Below are positions 1-10,846 of a DNA stretch of 64,000 bases, in pieces (position 1 is the stretch's first letter; each line of letters opens with the position of its first letter). The DNA comes from Candidatus Eiseniibacteriota bacterium (lineage in GTDB: Bacteria; Eisenbacteria; RBG-16-71-46): NCBI GenBank assembly GCA_044222065.1, contig JBGAOA010000003.1:48959-112958 (forward strand). Reading direction: 5' to 3'. The position numbers were made by a program, and so were the translations under genes. The notes beneath the pieces were generated by a model. That model worked only from the letters and a program-made list of their open reading frames with translations, did no database searches and was not told the DNA's origin.

Positions 1-2
1 TC

Positions 3-473
3 GTGCGCGGCCGGGATGCCGACCTTCCGCTGCTCGAGCCGCGCACGTTCCGCGAGCACGTGCGCTTCTCGATGTGGACGCACCGGCTGTTCACGAGCCT
101 GTTCGGCACGTTCGCGGTGCTCGCCCTGCTGATCGCCGGCATCGGCATCTACGGCGTGATGTCCTACTCGGTCGGCCAGCGAACGCAGGAGATCGGCGTG
201 CGCATGGCGCTCGGCGCGGACCCCGCGGCCGTCGTGCGGATGGTGACGCTGCAAGCCGTGCGTCTCACGCTGCTCGGCATCGCCCTCGGACTCGCGGGAG
301 CCTTCGGGCTCACGCGCTTCATGGCGACGATGCTCTTCCAGGTGAGCCCGACCGATCCGCCGACGTTCACGATCGTGTGCGTGCTGCTCGCGCTGTCGGG
401 CATCGTGGCCGCGTGGCTGCCCGCGCTGCGCGCCTCGCGCGTGGACCCGATGGTGGCGCTGCGTTACGAGTAG
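3..473 (+). CDS. ABC transporter permease, FtsX/MacB-like (ADOP-type), 5'-truncated by window edge
   Basis: C-terminal FtsX motifs GIYGVMSYSVGQRTQEIGVRMALGA and RASRVDPMVALRYE; several TM helices. Confidence 0.9.
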   Translation: MRGRDADLPLLEPRTFREHVRFSMWTHRLFTSLFGTFAVLALLIAGIGIYGVMSYSVGQRTQEIGVRMALGADPAAVVRMVTLQAVRLTLLGIALGLAGAFGLTRFMATMLFQVSPTDPPTFTIVCVLLALSGIVAAWLPALRASRVDPMVALRYE

Positions 474-766
474 TCGAAGGAATGCCGCGGGGGACGGTCC
501 GACCGGGAGCGGTCCCCTGACGGCGGCGCGCGGGGAAGCATGGGCCTCGCGCGCGAAAACGGATCCGCCCGGATCGTGGGTGGAGCCCCCCCGGGGCGCG
601 CGGCCGTCGCCGCGCGCCCTCTTCCTTCGATCGCCGCGGGCGGCGCCCGTCGCTTCGTCCGCAACTCCTTCGCGCGCCGCCGCGCCGCGACGTGCCCGAC
701 CCGACGCGTGCTAATGTGCGGATCACTCCGGCTCGCGCCTCGACGGCGCGGCGGAGGACGCCCGCG

Positions 767-2137
767 ATGACCGACGACGCGACCGCACTCCGAATCCTCG
801 TCGCCGACGACGACACCGACGTGCTCGCCGCGCTCCAACTGCTGCTCCGGGGCGAGGGCTGGCAGGTCGAGACCGCGACGTCGCCGGCGCTCGCGCTCGC
901 GGCCCGCGAGTCCCGCGACTACGACGTCGCGCAGCTCGACCTGAAAAACGCGCGCGACACGACGACCGGGCAGGAGGGCCTGCAGCTCATCGAGCGGCTG
1001 CGCGCGCTCGACTCCACGCTGCCCGTGGTCGTGATGACCGCGTGGGGGAGCGTCGAGGGCGCGGTCGAGGCGGTGCGGCGCGGCGCGCGCGACTACGTGC
1101 AGAAGCCGTGGGACAACGCGCGCCTCGTGACGACGCTCCGCAGCCAGGCCGAACTCGGACAGGCGCTGCGCTCGGGGAGGCGGCTCGAATGGGAGAACCG
1201 CCTGCTGCGGCGCGACGGCGCTCCCGAGATGATCGCCGACGCTCCGGCGATGCGCGCGGTCCTCGACCTCGTGGCGCGCGTCGGGCCGTCCGACGCGCAC
1301 GTGCTCGTCACCGGCGAGCACGGCACCGGCAAGGAGCTCGTCGCGCGGCTCCTGCACGCCGCCTCGCCGCGCGCGCACCGCCCGCTCGTCACCGTGAACA
1401 TGGGCGGCCTGCCCGAGAGCGTGTTCGAGAGCGAGATGTTCGGTCACGTGAAGGGCGCCTTCACGGGCGCGAACGCCGATCGCGCGGGACGCTTCGAGCT
1501 CGCCGACGGCGGCACGCTGTTCCTGGACGAGATCGCGAACGTCCCGCTCGCCCAGCAGGCGAAGCTGCTGCGCGTGCTCCAGACCGGGGAGTTCGAGCGC
1601 GTCGGGTCGTCGCGCACGCGCCGCGTCGAAGTGCGCTTCATCTCGGCGACGAACGCCGACCTGCGCGAGGAAGCGCGGCTGGGGCGGTTCCGCGAGGACC
1701 TGCTGTTCCGCATCAACACGGTCGAGATCCACCTGCCGCCGCTGCGCGACCGGCGCGAGGACGTGCCCGGTCTCGCGCGCCACTTCCTGGATCTCCACGC
1801 GCGGCGCTACCGCAAGTCGCTCTCGGGATTCGACGCGGGCGCGATGGAGGCGCTGCTCCACCACCCGTGGCCGGGCAACGTGCGCGAGCTGGACCACGTG
1901 ATCGAGCGCGCCGTGCTGCTCGCGCGCGGCACGGAACTCGGCGGCGCGGACCTCGGACTCAGGCCCGCGGGGGCCGGCGGCGCGGCCGCGCTCGAACAGC
2001 TCACGCTGGACGAGGCCGAGCGCGTGCTCATCCAGCGCGCGCTCCAGCGCGCGAGCGGCAACGTGAGCGACGCGGCGAAGCTGCTCGGGCTCTCGCGCAG
2101 CGCGCTCTACCGGCGGCTCGAGCGGCACGGGCTGTGA
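767..2137 (+). CDS. Sigma-54-dependent response regulator (NtrC family; REC-AAA+-Fis HTH)
   Basis: ILVADDD receiver, GEHGTGKE Walker [22 protein letters not shown]-terminal HTH; ATG 767 with GGAGG upstream. Confidence 0.93.
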   Translation: MTDDATALRILVADDDTDVLAALQLLLRGEGWQVETATSPALALAARESRDYDVAQLDLKNARDTTTGQEGLQLIERLRALDSTLPVVVMTAWGSVEGAVEAVRRGARDYVQKPWDNARLVTTLRSQAELGQALRSGRRLEWENRLLRRDGAPEMIADAPAMRAVLDLVARVGPSDAHVLVTGEHGTGKELVARLLHAASPRAHRPLVTVNMGGLPESVFESEMFGHVKGAFTGANADRAGRFELADGGTLFLDEIANVPLAQQAKLLRVLQTGEFERVGSSRTRRVEVRFISATNADLREEARLGRFREDLLFRINTVEIHLPPLRDRREDVPGLARHFLDLHARRYRKSLSGFDAGAMEALLHHPWPGNVRELDHVIERAVLLARGTELGGADLGLRPAGAGGAAALEQLTLDEAERVLIQRALQRASGNVSDAAKLLGLSRSALYRRLERHGL

Positions 2138-3489
2138 CGCCGAAGCGCGCGCGCCGCCGGAGCGGCCCCGTGCTCGAGGCGCGCCTCGCGCTCACGGCGA
2201 TCGCGGGCGGCGTGCCGGCGCTCGCGCTCCTCGGCTGGGCGCTCGTGCGCGCGCGCGCCGACGGACTCGTCGTGGCGACCGCGTTCACGATCGCGGGCCT
2301 CGCGTGGCTCGCGGCGGCGATCGCGATCCACGAGCAGCTCGAGCGGCCGCTGCGCACGCTGTCGAACATGCTCGCCGCGATCCGCGAGGGCGACTACTCG
2401 ATCCGCGCGCGCGGCGCCGATCCGCGCGGCGCGCTCGGGCTCGCGCTGCACGAAGTGAACGCGCTCGCGGACGGCCTGCGGCTGCACCGGCTCGAAGTCA
2501 CCGAAGCGGCGGCGCTGCTGCGGCACGTCATGGACTCGATCGAGGTCGCGGTGCTGGCGTTCGACGACGCGCAGCGGCTGCGGCTCGTGAACCGCGAGGG
2601 CGAGGCGCTGCTCGGCCAGCCGGCCGAGCGCGCGCTCGGCGCGAGCGCCGCGGAACTCGGGCTCGGCGCCGCGCTCGAGGGCGACTCGCCCCGCATCGTG
2701 GAGCTGCCGGGCGCGGCGCGCGGCGGGCGCTACGAGCTGCGCCGCGGCGAGTACCGTCACGAGGGGCGGCCGCACGCGCTCGTCGTGCTGTCCGACGTCA
2801 CGCGCGAGCTGCGCGCCGAGGAGCGCGCCGCGTGGCTGCGCCTCGTGCGCGTGCTGAGCCACGAGATCAACAACTCGCTCGCGCCGATCCAGTCCATCGC
2901 CGGCAGCGTCACCGCGCTGCTCTCGCGCCCGTCGCCCGACGCTGCTTCGCTCGCCGATGCGCGGCACGGCCTCGAGGTGGTGGAGGCGCGCGCGAAGAGC
3001 CTCGGCCGCTTCATGCACCACTACGCGCAGCTCGCGCGGCTCCCGGCGCCCGTGCTCGGCAGCGTGGACGTCGAGCCGTGGGTGCGGCGCGTCGCGGCGC
3101 TCGAGACGCGGCTCCCGGTCGCGGTCGAGGGCGGCCCGCGCGCCGTCGTGAGCGCCGACGGCGACCAGCTCGACGCGCTGCTCATCAATCTCGTGCGCAA
3201 CGCGGCCGACGCCGCGCTCGAGACTTCGGGCGGCGTGCGCGTGCGCTGGCGGATCGACGCGGAATCGCTCGTGGTCGAGGTCGAAGACGACGGCGCCGGG
3301 CTCGCCGACACGGTCAACCTGTTCGTGCCGTTCTTCACGACCAAGCCCGACGGCTCGGGGATCGGCCTCGCCCTGTGCCGCCAGATCGCCGAGGCGCACG
3401 GCGGCCGGGTCGCGCTCGAGAACCGCCCGGGCGGCCGCGGCGCGCTCGCGACCGCACGCCTGCCGAGGCACGCCTCGACCGCGGGCTGA
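2134..3489 (+). CDS. Membrane sensor histidine kinase (TM-HAMP-PAS-HisKA-HATPase)
   Basis: GTGA overlap with regulator stop; LSHEINNSL H-box, NLVRNA N-box, DDGAG, FFTTKPDGSGIGL; real gene is the 3' part of ORF 1042..3489. Confidence 0.9.
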   Translation: MTPKRARRRSGPVLEARLALTAIAGGVPALALLGWALVRARADGLVVATAFTIAGLAWLAAAIAIHEQLERPLRTLSNMLAAIREGDYSIRARGADPRGALGLALHEVNALADGLRLHRLEVTEAAALLRHVMDSIEVAVLAFDDAQRLRLVNREGEALLGQPAERALGASAAELGLGAALEGDSPRIVELPGAARGGRYELRRGEYRHEGRPHALVVLSDVTRELRAEERAAWLRLVRVLSHEINNSLAPIQSIAGSVTALLSRPSPDAASLADARHGLEVVEARAKSLGRFMHHYAQLARLPAPVLGSVDVEPWVRRVAALETRLPVAVEGGPRAVVSADGDQLDALLINLVRNAADAALETSGGVRVRWRIDAESLVVEVEDDGAGLADTVNLFVPFFTTKPDGSGIGLALCRQIAEAHGGRVALENRPGGRGALATARLPRHASTAG

Positions 3490-3595
3490 GCCGGGCCGGC
3501 CCGGGTCCGCGGCGCCACGTGTCCCCTCGCACGGCCCGATTGCGTTCGGGGAGGGGAAGCGCCGTTCCCGCCGCCCGTCCGTTTGCGAGGCCCTC

Positions 3596-6037
3596 ATGCT
3601 CCAACGCATCGCTCCGCGCCGCGCGCGTTCGCTGCCCGTCCTCGGTGGGGCAGCGTGGATCGCGCTGGCCCTCGTTTCCCCGGCGCGCGCGATCGAGACC
3701 GTGCGCCCCGACCTGTGGGTCGCGAACGGCTCCGTGCTCGCGATGGCGCGCAGCGGGAACACACTGTTCCTCGGCGGCTCGTTCGACCACGTGGGGCCCG
3801 CGACCGGCTGCTTCGCGTGGGTGGACACGTCGAGCGGCGCGCCCACGACGCCGACGGACCGCGTGCTCGCGAACCTCGGCGCCGACTACGGCGTGCTCGC
3901 TATGACCGACGACGGCGCCGGCGGCTGGTATCTCGGCGGTCGCTTCTCGCACGCGGGAGGCGTCGCGCAGACGAACCTCACGCACCTGCTCGCGGGCGGC
4001 GCGCGCGATGCGTCGTTCAACGTGGCCGCGAACGGCATCGTGCGCGCGGTGAGGCGCGTCGGCACGACGCTCTACGTCGGCGGCGAGTTCACGACGCTCG
4101 GCGGGCTCGCGCGCAACCGGCTCGGCGCGATCGACCTGACGACCGGCGCCGTGACGGCGTGGAACCCCGCTCCGAACGCGGTCGTGCGCGCGCTCGAGGC
4201 GGGCCCCGAGTACCTGTACGTCGGCGGCGACTTCACGTCGATCGCGGGGCAGACGCGGCGCGCGCTCGTGGCGTTCTCGCTCGCGAGCGGCGCGCTCGCC
4301 GCCTGGAATCCGGGCTCGGACGGCCGCGTGTGGGCGCTGCATCTCGCCGGGCCCACGCTGTACGCGGGCGGCGGCTTCGGATCGCTCGGGGGCGCGCTGC
4401 GCAACAACGTCGCGGCGGTGGACACGGGCACGGCGCTCGCGCTCGCGAGCTGGAACCCGAACGCGAACGGCAACGTGCTGTGTCTCTCGCGCGCCGGGAC
4501 CACGCTGTACGCCGGCGGACAGTTCACCGCGATCGGCGGTGCGAGCCGCAACTACGTCGCGGCGCTCGACGCGGGGAACTTCGGCGCGGCGAAGCCATGG
4601 AACCCGTCGCCCGACGCGAGCGTGAACGCCGTTGCCGCGACGGCGACGCGCGTCGCCGTCGGCGGGTCTTTCTCGAGCGTGGGCGGCGGCACGGGACGCC
4701 GTTTCTTCGCCGCCTTCGACGCGGCGAGCGGCGCGGTGCTCGACTGGGGCGGGGGCGCGGGCGCGACCGTGCACGCGATCACGGCGTCCGGCGGATCGTT
4801 CTTCGTGGGCGGCGACTTCCGCAGCCTCGGCGGCATGCTGCGCTCGCGACTCGCGAGCCTCGACCTCGTGAGCGGCGCCGCGACCGCGTGGAATCCCGGC
4901 GCGAACAACGCCGTACAGGCGCTGTGCGCCGCCGGCGACACGCTGTACGCCGGCGGCGCGTTCTCGACCACGGGCGCGCAGGCGCGCGCCTCGCTCGCGT
5001 CCTATCGCATCTCGACCGGCGCGCTCACGGCGTGGAATCCCGGCACGAACAGCATCGTGTACGCGCTGTCCGCGGGCGGCGACCGGCTGCACGTCGGCGG
5101 CGCGTTCACGACGATCGCGGGACAGCCGCGCAATCGCGCCGCCGCGTTCACGCGCTCGAGCGGCGCGCTCGAGGCGTTCGATCCGAACGCGAACGGCATC
5201 GTGTACGCGTTCGCCGACGCCGGCGGCGCGCTGTTCGTGGGCGGCGCGTTCACGACGCTCGGCGGCCAGCCGCGCAGCCGGCTCGCGCGCCTCGATCCCG
5301 CGACGGGCGGCTCGGCGCCGTGGGGCGCGACGCTGAACGGCGACGTGTACGCGCTCGCGCGCAAGGGCGGCGTGCTCTACGCGGGCGGCGGGTTCACGTC
5401 GGTCAACACCACGTTCACGGGCTGCACGGCGGCGTTCGACACGTCCGGCACGCCGCTGCCGTGGACGACGCTCGTCGGGAACACCGTGTACGCGGTCGCG
5501 AACGCGGGCGCGTCGCTCTACGCGGGCGGCGGCTTCACGAGCGCGAGCGGGGGACAGCAGCGCTTCTACCTCTGCGCCGCCGATGCCGCGGGCGGCGCGC
5601 TCCTCGGCTGGAATCCCGCGGCGGGCGCCGCGGTGCGCTGCCTCCTCGCGGAGCCCGGACGCGTGTGGGTCGGCGGCGACTTCCCGTACGTGTCGCTCGC
5701 GCCCCACAGCGGAATCGCCGAAATCGCCGACCCCTCGACCGCGGGGGTGGACGACGCGCCGCCGCTGCGGGCGCAGGCCCTCGCGCTCGCCGCGGCGCCG
5801 ACGCCGGCGCGCGGCGCGACGACGCTGCGCTTCGCGCTGCCGGTCCCGGCGCGCGTGACGCTGCGCGTGTTCGACGTCGCGGGCCGCGAGGTCGCGCGCC
5901 CGCTCGACCGCGCGCCGCTCGCGGCCGGCGCGCACGCGGTGCCGCTCGCGCTGGCCGCGCTCCGCCCCGGGCTCTACGGGTGCGGGCTCGAGGCGGACGG
6001 AGCGCGCGGGGCCGCTCGACTCGTCGTCACGCGCTGA
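3596..6037 (+). CDS. Secreted beta-propeller-type repeat protein (LYxGGxF...WNP repeats) with C-terminal FlgD-Ig/T9SS-CTD-like domain
   Basis: Signal peptide ending ARA; about a dozen ~52-aa repeats LYVGGxFTxxGGxxRxxLAAxDxxxGAxxxWNP; tail LRFALPVPARVTLRVFDVAGREV...PGLY. Confidence 0.8.
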   Translation: MLQRIAPRRARSLPVLGGAAWIALALVSPARAIETVRPDLWVANGSVLAMARSGNTLFLGGSFDHVGPATGCFAWVDTSSGAPTTPTDRVLANLGADYGVLAMTDDGAGGWYLGGRFSHAGGVAQTNLTHLLAGGARDASFNVAANGIVRAVRRVGTTLYVGGEFTTLGGLARNRLGAIDLTTGAVTAWNPAPNAVVRALEAGPEYLYVGGDFTSIAGQTRRALVAFSLASGALAAWNPGSDGRVWALHLAGPTLYAGGGFGSLGGALRNNVAAVDTGTALALASWNPNANGNVLCLSRAGTTLYAGGQFTAIGGASRNYVAALDAGNFGAAKPWNPSPDASVNAVAATATRVAVGGSFSSVGGGTGRRFFAAFDAASGAVLDWGGGAGATVHAITASGGSFFVGGDFRSLGGMLRSRLASLDLVSGAATAWNPGANNAVQALCAAGDTLYAGGAFSTTGAQARASLASYRISTGALTAWNPGTNSIVYALSAGGDRLHVGGAFTTIAGQPRNRAAAFTRSSGALEAFDPNANGIVYAFADAGGALFVGGAFTTLGGQPRSRLARLDPATGGSAPWGATLNGDVYALARKGGVLYAGGGFTSVNTTFTGCTAAFDTSGTPLPWTTLVGNTVYAVANAGASLYAGGGFTSASGGQQRFYLCAADAAGGALLGWNPAAGAAVRCLLAEPGRVWVGGDFPYVSLAPHSGIAEIADPSTAGVDDAPPLRAQALALAAAPTPARGATTLRFALPVPARVTLRVFDVAGREVARPLDRAPLAAGAHAVPLALAALRPGLYGCGLEADGARGAARLVVTR

Positions 6038-6039
6038 AG

Positions 6040-6076
6040 GCGCCGTCCCGTCGCGGGCCGCGCGACGGGACGGCGC
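6040..6076. terminator. Perfect 16-bp hairpin between convergent genes (probable bidirectional terminator)
   Basis: gcgccgtcccgtcgcg (6040-6055) / cgcgacgggacggcgc (6061-6076), 5-nt loop; no U-tract. Confidence 0.6.
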
Positions 6077-6082
6077 GCGCGG

Positions 6083-7423
6083 TCAGCGGGCCGCGCCCGT
6101 GAGGTCCGCGGGCAGGCGCGGCGAGGCGAGCAGCGTCTCGTAGAGCGACCAGCGCCGGTCGGGATGCGCCTCGTCGCCGCCGTTCGCCGCGAGCCAGTCG
6201 TTCACGATCTTGCGGCCGAGCCAGTAGTTCACGACGTACGTGCGGTAGCGCCCGGCGAAGCTCAGGTCCTTCTCGGCGCGCTCCTTCGTGCGCAGCCCGA
6301 GCGTCGTCGCGCGCTCGATCGCCTGCTCGCGCGTGAGGTGGCCGTCCAGCCACTGGCGCGCGTTCTCGGTGCCGAAGCCCGCGAGTCCCTCGAGAGCCTC
6401 GCGCACGCGCGCGTAGCGGTCGTACTCGCGCGGATCGAGCCCGGCGAGCGGGAACAGCGTGCCCTTCTCGAACGCCGTCCGCTCCTCGCCCGGGAACGCG
6501 ATCTCGGGCGCGACCACCGCCGTGCCCTCGGCGATCAGCGACTGCGGCGAATAGAGCGGATAGATCTGGAACTCGCGCCAGCCGCGCTCGCGCGCGAGCG
6601 CGCGCTCGAGCAGCAGGTTGTAGACGTGATGGCCGGGGTAGCCCTCGTGGCACGCGAGGTCGATCGCGCGGTCGATGTAGATCGGCAGGTCGGTGTTCAC
6701 CTGGATCAGGCTGCGCGCGCCGCCCTGGTACCAGTTGTAGCCGCTCCACGGCTGGTCCTTCACGTACTCGACCGTGAACGTCTCGGAGTCGGGCAGCGCG
6801 AGGTGTGCCTTCGTGCGCCGGCGCGCCTCCGCGATCGCGGCGTCGAACACCGCCGCGAACTTCTTCGGCGGGATCACGAAGCGCCGGCGGTAGGCCTCGA
6901 GCCGCGCCGTGAGCGGACCCGGTCCGGGCAGCAGCGAGTCGAGCGCCGCGAGCGCGGGCGCGAGCGTCGAATCCTCGACGGGCGGCGCGACGACGTCCGA
7001 CAGCGCCTTCGACTCCGCATCGAAGCCCGGCTTCTCACCCTCGAGCATGCGGGTGCGGAACGACAGCGCGGCGAGCTGCGCGCGCACGTAGCGGTGGCGG
7101 AGCGGCCACAGCGAGTCCGGGCTCGCGGCGGGCGCGCCCGCGAGTGCCCCCACGATCGAGTCCGCTTCGGCGCGGATGCGCGCGAGCGAGATCGAGTCGT
7201 GATCGGCCTCGACCTTCCACTCGGGCGGCCCGTAGTAGGCGTCCACGTAGTCCGGGTCGTGGCGCCCGAGCGCGAGCGCGAGCTTCACGTAGCGCTCGGC
7301 GGCGCGCTCGAGCACGGCGGGGTCGGGCGACTTCGCGGCGGGCGCGCAGCCAGCGAGCGCCCCGAACGCGATGAGGGCGATTGCGGCGAACGGGCGTCTC
7401 GAGGATCGGATCACGTCGGTCAT
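6083..7423 (-). CDS. Lipoprotein with DUF885-like putative zinc-metallopeptidase motif
   Basis: Lipobox LAGC; HEGYPGHH followed by AEG and a C-terminal Y..NY. Confidence 0.7.
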   Translation of the reverse strand: MTDVIRSSRRPFAAIALIAFGALAGCAPAAKSPDPAVLERAAERYVKLALALGRHDPDYVDAYYGPPEWKVEADHDSISLARIRAEADSIVGALAGAPAASPDSLWPLRHRYVRAQLAALSFRTRMLEGEKPGFDAESKALSDVVAPPVEDSTLAPALAALDSLLPGPGPLTARLEAYRRRFVIPPKKFAAVFDAAIAEARRRTKAHLALPDSETFTVEYVKDQPWSGYNWYQGGARSLIQVNTDLPIYIDRAIDLACHEGYPGHHVYNLLLERALARERGWREFQIYPLYSPQSLIAEGTAVVAPEIAFPGEERTAFEKGTLFPLAGLDPREYDRYARVREALEGLAGFGTENARQWLDGHLTREQAIERATTLGLRTKERAEKDLSFAGRYRTYVVNYWLGRKIVNDWLAANGGDEAHPDRRWSLYETLLASPRLPADLTGAAR

Positions 7424-7606
7424 GCGGGCTCCTTCGGTGGGAATCGGGGCACGCTAGCACGGCGACGCGAAGCCGCGAGCGCTGCATACCCCGCGGCGTG
7501 ACCACCGCCGGCGCCCGGCCGACGGGCGCGCGAGCCCGGGAGTCTCCGGCGCGTGCGGTATCCTGCGGCTCCCGAGCGTTCGCACGCACACACGACGAGG
7601 TCCGAC

Positions 7607-8113
7607 ATGTCGCACGAATACCAGGTGTTCCTCGACACCCTCGATGCGGAGGCGCCCCGCACGATCGCGCTGCTCAAGGCGCTGCCCGAGTCGCAGTACG
7701 ACTTCCGTCCCGACCCGGCGCTGCGCTCCGTCGGCGAGCTGGCGTGGCACCTCGCCGAGATCGAGGCGCTGATGGCGCACGGCATCACGAAAGGCGCCTT
7801 CGCGCTCGGCGACCGTCCCGCGGGCAGCGAGCGTCCGCGCACGATCGCGGAACTCGCGCCGGGCTTCGAGCGCGTGCACGCCGACGCGATGGCGAAACTG
7901 CGCGCGCTCGCCGGCCTCGACTTCGACCGACCGCTGACGTTCTTCGGCGGCCGCACGATGCCGATCCGCCGCATCCTGTGGGACGCGATGCTGCACCATC
8001 AGCTCCATCATCGCGGCCAGCTCGCGCTGCTCTGCCGGCTCGCGGGCGGCGTGCCGCCCGGGCTCTACGGCCCGACGCGCGAGGAGATGGCCGCGCTGCG
8101 CGCGAAGGGCTGA
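7607..8113 (+). CDS. DinB/YfiT family protein
   Basis: [10 protein letters not shown] and [11 protein letters not shown]is motifs; ATG 7607 after GAGG. Confidence 0.85.
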   Translation: MSHEYQVFLDTLDAEAPRTIALLKALPESQYDFRPDPALRSVGELAWHLAEIEALMAHGITKGAFALGDRPAGSERPRTIAELAPGFERVHADAMAKLRALAGLDFDRPLTFFGGRTMPIRRILWDAMLHHQLHHRGQLALLCRLAGGVPPGLYGPTREEMAALRAKG

Positions 8114-8240
8114 TCCGATCGGCGCCGCCGCGCGCGGCGGTGGCCGTTCGCGCGCCCGCTGCACTATCCTGCCGGGCCATCGTCCGCGCCGCGGACGGTG
8201 GCCCTGCCGTTCGCGCGCACTCCACCGGGACCGACGCCGC

Positions 8241-9848
8241 ATGGAATTGATCGAGTCGCACCTCGACACGAAGAGCGAGGAGTTCCAGACCAACGCCGCG
8301 CACCACCGGGCGCTCGCCGCCGACCTCAAGGCGCGGCTCGCCGCGGTGAAGCAGGGCGGCGGCCCCGAGCTGGTGAAGCGCCACACCTCGCGCGGCAAGT
8401 TGTTCGTGCGCGAGCGCATCGAGCGCCTGCTCGATCCCGGCACCGCGTTCCTCGAGCTGTCGCCGCTCGCCGCGAACGGGCTCTACGAGGGCGAGGCTCC
8501 GAGCGCCGGCATCGTCACCGGCATCGGCGTCGTGAAGGGCCGCACCGTGCTCGTCGTGGCGAACGACGCGACCGTGAAGGGCGGCAGCTACCTCCCGATG
8601 ACCGTGAAGAAGCACGTGCGCGCTCAGGAGATCGCGCTCGAGAACCGGCTGCCGTGCGTGTACCTCGTGGACTCCGGCGGCGCGTTCCTGCCGCTCCAGG
8701 CCGACGTGTTCCCCGACCGCGACCACTTCGGGCGCATCTTCTACAACCAGGCGCGCATGTCGGCGCAGGGCATCGCGCAGGTCGCGATCGTCATGGGCTC
8801 GTGCACCGCGGGCGGCGCGTACGTGCCGGCGATGAGCGACGAGGCCGTGATCGTGAAGAACCAGGGCACGATCTTCCTCGGCGGCCCGCCGCTCGTGAAG
8901 GCCGCGACGGGGGAAGAGGTGACGGCCGAGGAGCTGGGCGGCGGCGACGTGCACACGCGCATCTCGGGCGTGGCCGATCACCTCGCCGACGACGACGCGC
9001 ACGCGCTCGAGATCGCGCGCGACATCATTTCGCACCTCGGCGCGGTGCCGCGCGCCGCACTCGACCTCGCCGCGCCCGAGCCGCCGAAGTACGACCCGGC
9101 CGAGATCTACGGCCTGCTGCCGACCGAGCTGCGCAAGCCGGTGGACATGCACGAACTGATCGCGCGGCTCGTGGACGGCTCGCGCTTCCACGAGTTCAAG
9201 GCGCGCTACGGCACGACGCTCGTCACCGGCTTCGCGCACCTGAACGGCGTGCCGGTCGCGATCCTCGCGAACCAGGGCGTGTTGTTCAGCGACAGCGCGC
9301 TCAAGGCGACGCACTTCATCGAACTCGCGAGCCAGCGCGGCACGCCGCTCCTGTTCCTGCAGAACGTCAGCGGCTACATCGTCGGCAAGCAGTACGAGCA
9401 CGGCGGGATCGCGAAGGACGGCGCGAAGATGGTGCACGCGGTCGCGAACGCGCCGGTGCCGAAGCTCACGGTGATCGTCGGCGGCAGCTTCGGCGCCGGC
9501 AACTACGGCATGTGCGGGCGCGCCTACCAGCCGCGCTTCCTCTTCATGTGGCCCGGCAGCCGCATCAGCGTGATGGGCGGCGAGCAGGCCGCGAGCGTGC
9601 TCGCGCAGGTGAAGTCGGCGCAGCTCGAGGCGGCGGGGAAGTCGCTCTCGGCCGACGAGGAGCGCGCGATCAAGCAGCCCGTGCTCGAGAAGTACGAGAC
9701 CGAGGGCAGCCCGTACTACTCGACCGCGCGCCTCTGGGACGACGGCGTGATCGATCCGGCCGAGACGCGCACGGTGCTGTCGCTCGCGCTCGCCGCGGCG
9801 CTCAACGCGCCGATCCCGCCCGCGAAGTTCGGCGTGTTCCGGATGTAG
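8241..9848 (+). CDS. mccB: 3-methylcrotonyl-CoA carboxylase carboxyltransferase (beta) subunit
   Basis: [55 protein letters not shown]-terminal FGVFRM. Confidence 0.9.
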   Translation: MELIESHLDTKSEEFQTNAAHHRALAADLKARLAAVKQGGGPELVKRHTSRGKLFVRERIERLLDPGTAFLELSPLAANGLYEGEAPSAGIVTGIGVVKGRTVLVVANDATVKGGSYLPMTVKKHVRAQEIALENRLPCVYLVDSGGAFLPLQADVFPDRDHFGRIFYNQARMSAQGIAQVAIVMGSCTAGGAYVPAMSDEAVIVKNQGTIFLGGPPLVKAATGEEVTAEELGGGDVHTRISGVADHLADDDAHALEIARDIISHLGAVPRAALDLAAPEPPKYDPAEIYGLLPTELRKPVDMHELIARLVDGSRFHEFKARYGTTLVTGFAHLNGVPVAILANQGVLFSDSALKATHFIELASQRGTPLLFLQNVSGYIVGKQYEHGGIAKDGAKMVHAVANAPVPKLTVIVGGSFGAGNYGMCGRAYQPRFLFMWPGSRISVMGGEQAASVLAQVKSAQLEAAGKSLSADEERAIKQPVLEKYETEGSPYYSTARLWDDGVIDPAETRTVLSLALAAALNAPIPPAKFGVFRM

Positions 9849-9859
9849 GAGGGGGGAAC

Positions 9860-10669
9860 GTGCGCGCGATCGAAACGCGGACGATCCAGAGCTGGTCCCA
9901 CCTGCAGGACGAGCTGTTCCTCGACGCGCTGGACCAGCGACTGGACCGCTTCCGTTCGCCGTTCCTGTTCCGCGGCATGGATCGCGCGACGTGGAACCTC
10001 GCGACGACGCTCATGCGGCTCGGCGGCGAATTCGCGCGGCTCGAGCGTCCGATGCTGCGCAACTTCCGAAAGTACGCGCCCAACGCCGTCGTCGAGCAGG
10101 ACACGGTGTGGAACTGGCTCGCGCTGGCACAGCACCACGGACTTCCCACGCGGCTCCTCGACTGGACGTTCTCGCCGCTCGTCGCCGTGCACTTCGCCGT
10201 GTGGAAGGACGAGCACATGAAGGAGCCCGGCGCGATCTGGATGGTCGACTCCTGGGACGTGCGTCGGTACTACCCGGAACGAGTCGAGAAGGTGGCGCGT
10301 CGCGAGTACGCGGCCGGACTGGACGTCCACATGCTCTCGGAGGTGTTCCAGTCGCTCGACCAGCTCGACGAGTTCGGCGACCCGCCGATCGCTCTGTTCT
10401 TCGAGCCGCCCTCGATCGACGACCGCATCGCGAATCAGGCCGGAGTGCTCTCGGTGCTGTCGGACCCGGGGATCGCGATGGACGACTGGCTCGTCACGCG
10501 TGACGTGCGAACGATCAAGCTCGTGATCCCGCCCGAGCGGAAGTGGGAGATCCGCGACAAGCTCGACCACTGCAACATCAACGAGCGGGTGCTGTTCCCG
10601 GGGCTCGACGGCCTCAGTCAGTGGCTGAAGCGCTACTACAGCCCGGGTGCTGGGCGGGGAAAGCCGTGA
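9860..10669 (+). CDS. FRG domain-containing protein
   Basis: LFRG motif and LAQHHGLPTRLLDWT.SPLVA.HFA, RI..Q.G, LFPGLDG; GTG 9860 after AGGAGG; 3' part of ORF 8198..10669. Confidence 0.85.
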   Translation: MRAIETRTIQSWSHLQDELFLDALDQRLDRFRSPFLFRGMDRATWNLATTLMRLGGEFARLERPMLRNFRKYAPNAVVEQDTVWNWLALAQHHGLPTRLLDWTFSPLVAVHFAVWKDEHMKEPGAIWMVDSWDVRRYYPERVEKVARREYAAGLDVHMLSEVFQSLDQLDEFGDPPIALFFEPPSIDDRIANQAGVLSVLSDPGIAMDDWLVTRDVRTIKLVIPPERKWEIRDKLDHCNINERVLFPGLDGLSQWLKRYYSPGAGRGKP

Positions 10670-10846
10670 GCCCTGCGCCGCAAGGCGCCTTGTAACTCCT
10701 TCCGCGCCGGCCGCCCGATTCCACAATCCACACGCCGCGCCTCGCCGGCCGGCCCGCGAAGCCGTTGCGCCGCACCGTGCCGCTTCCCGGCACGCCGCTC
10801 GCTGGCCTTGGACTCCGGCTCCCAACGGCCGCGAGAGGAGGTCCCG

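Noticed and set aside
8198..9859. Long N-terminal extensions of the FRG, kinase (1042), had (11480), activase (18853), glyS (44532) and redoxin (60462) ORFs
   Set aside because: They overlap upstream genes in another frame; true starts have an RBS or stop/start coupling
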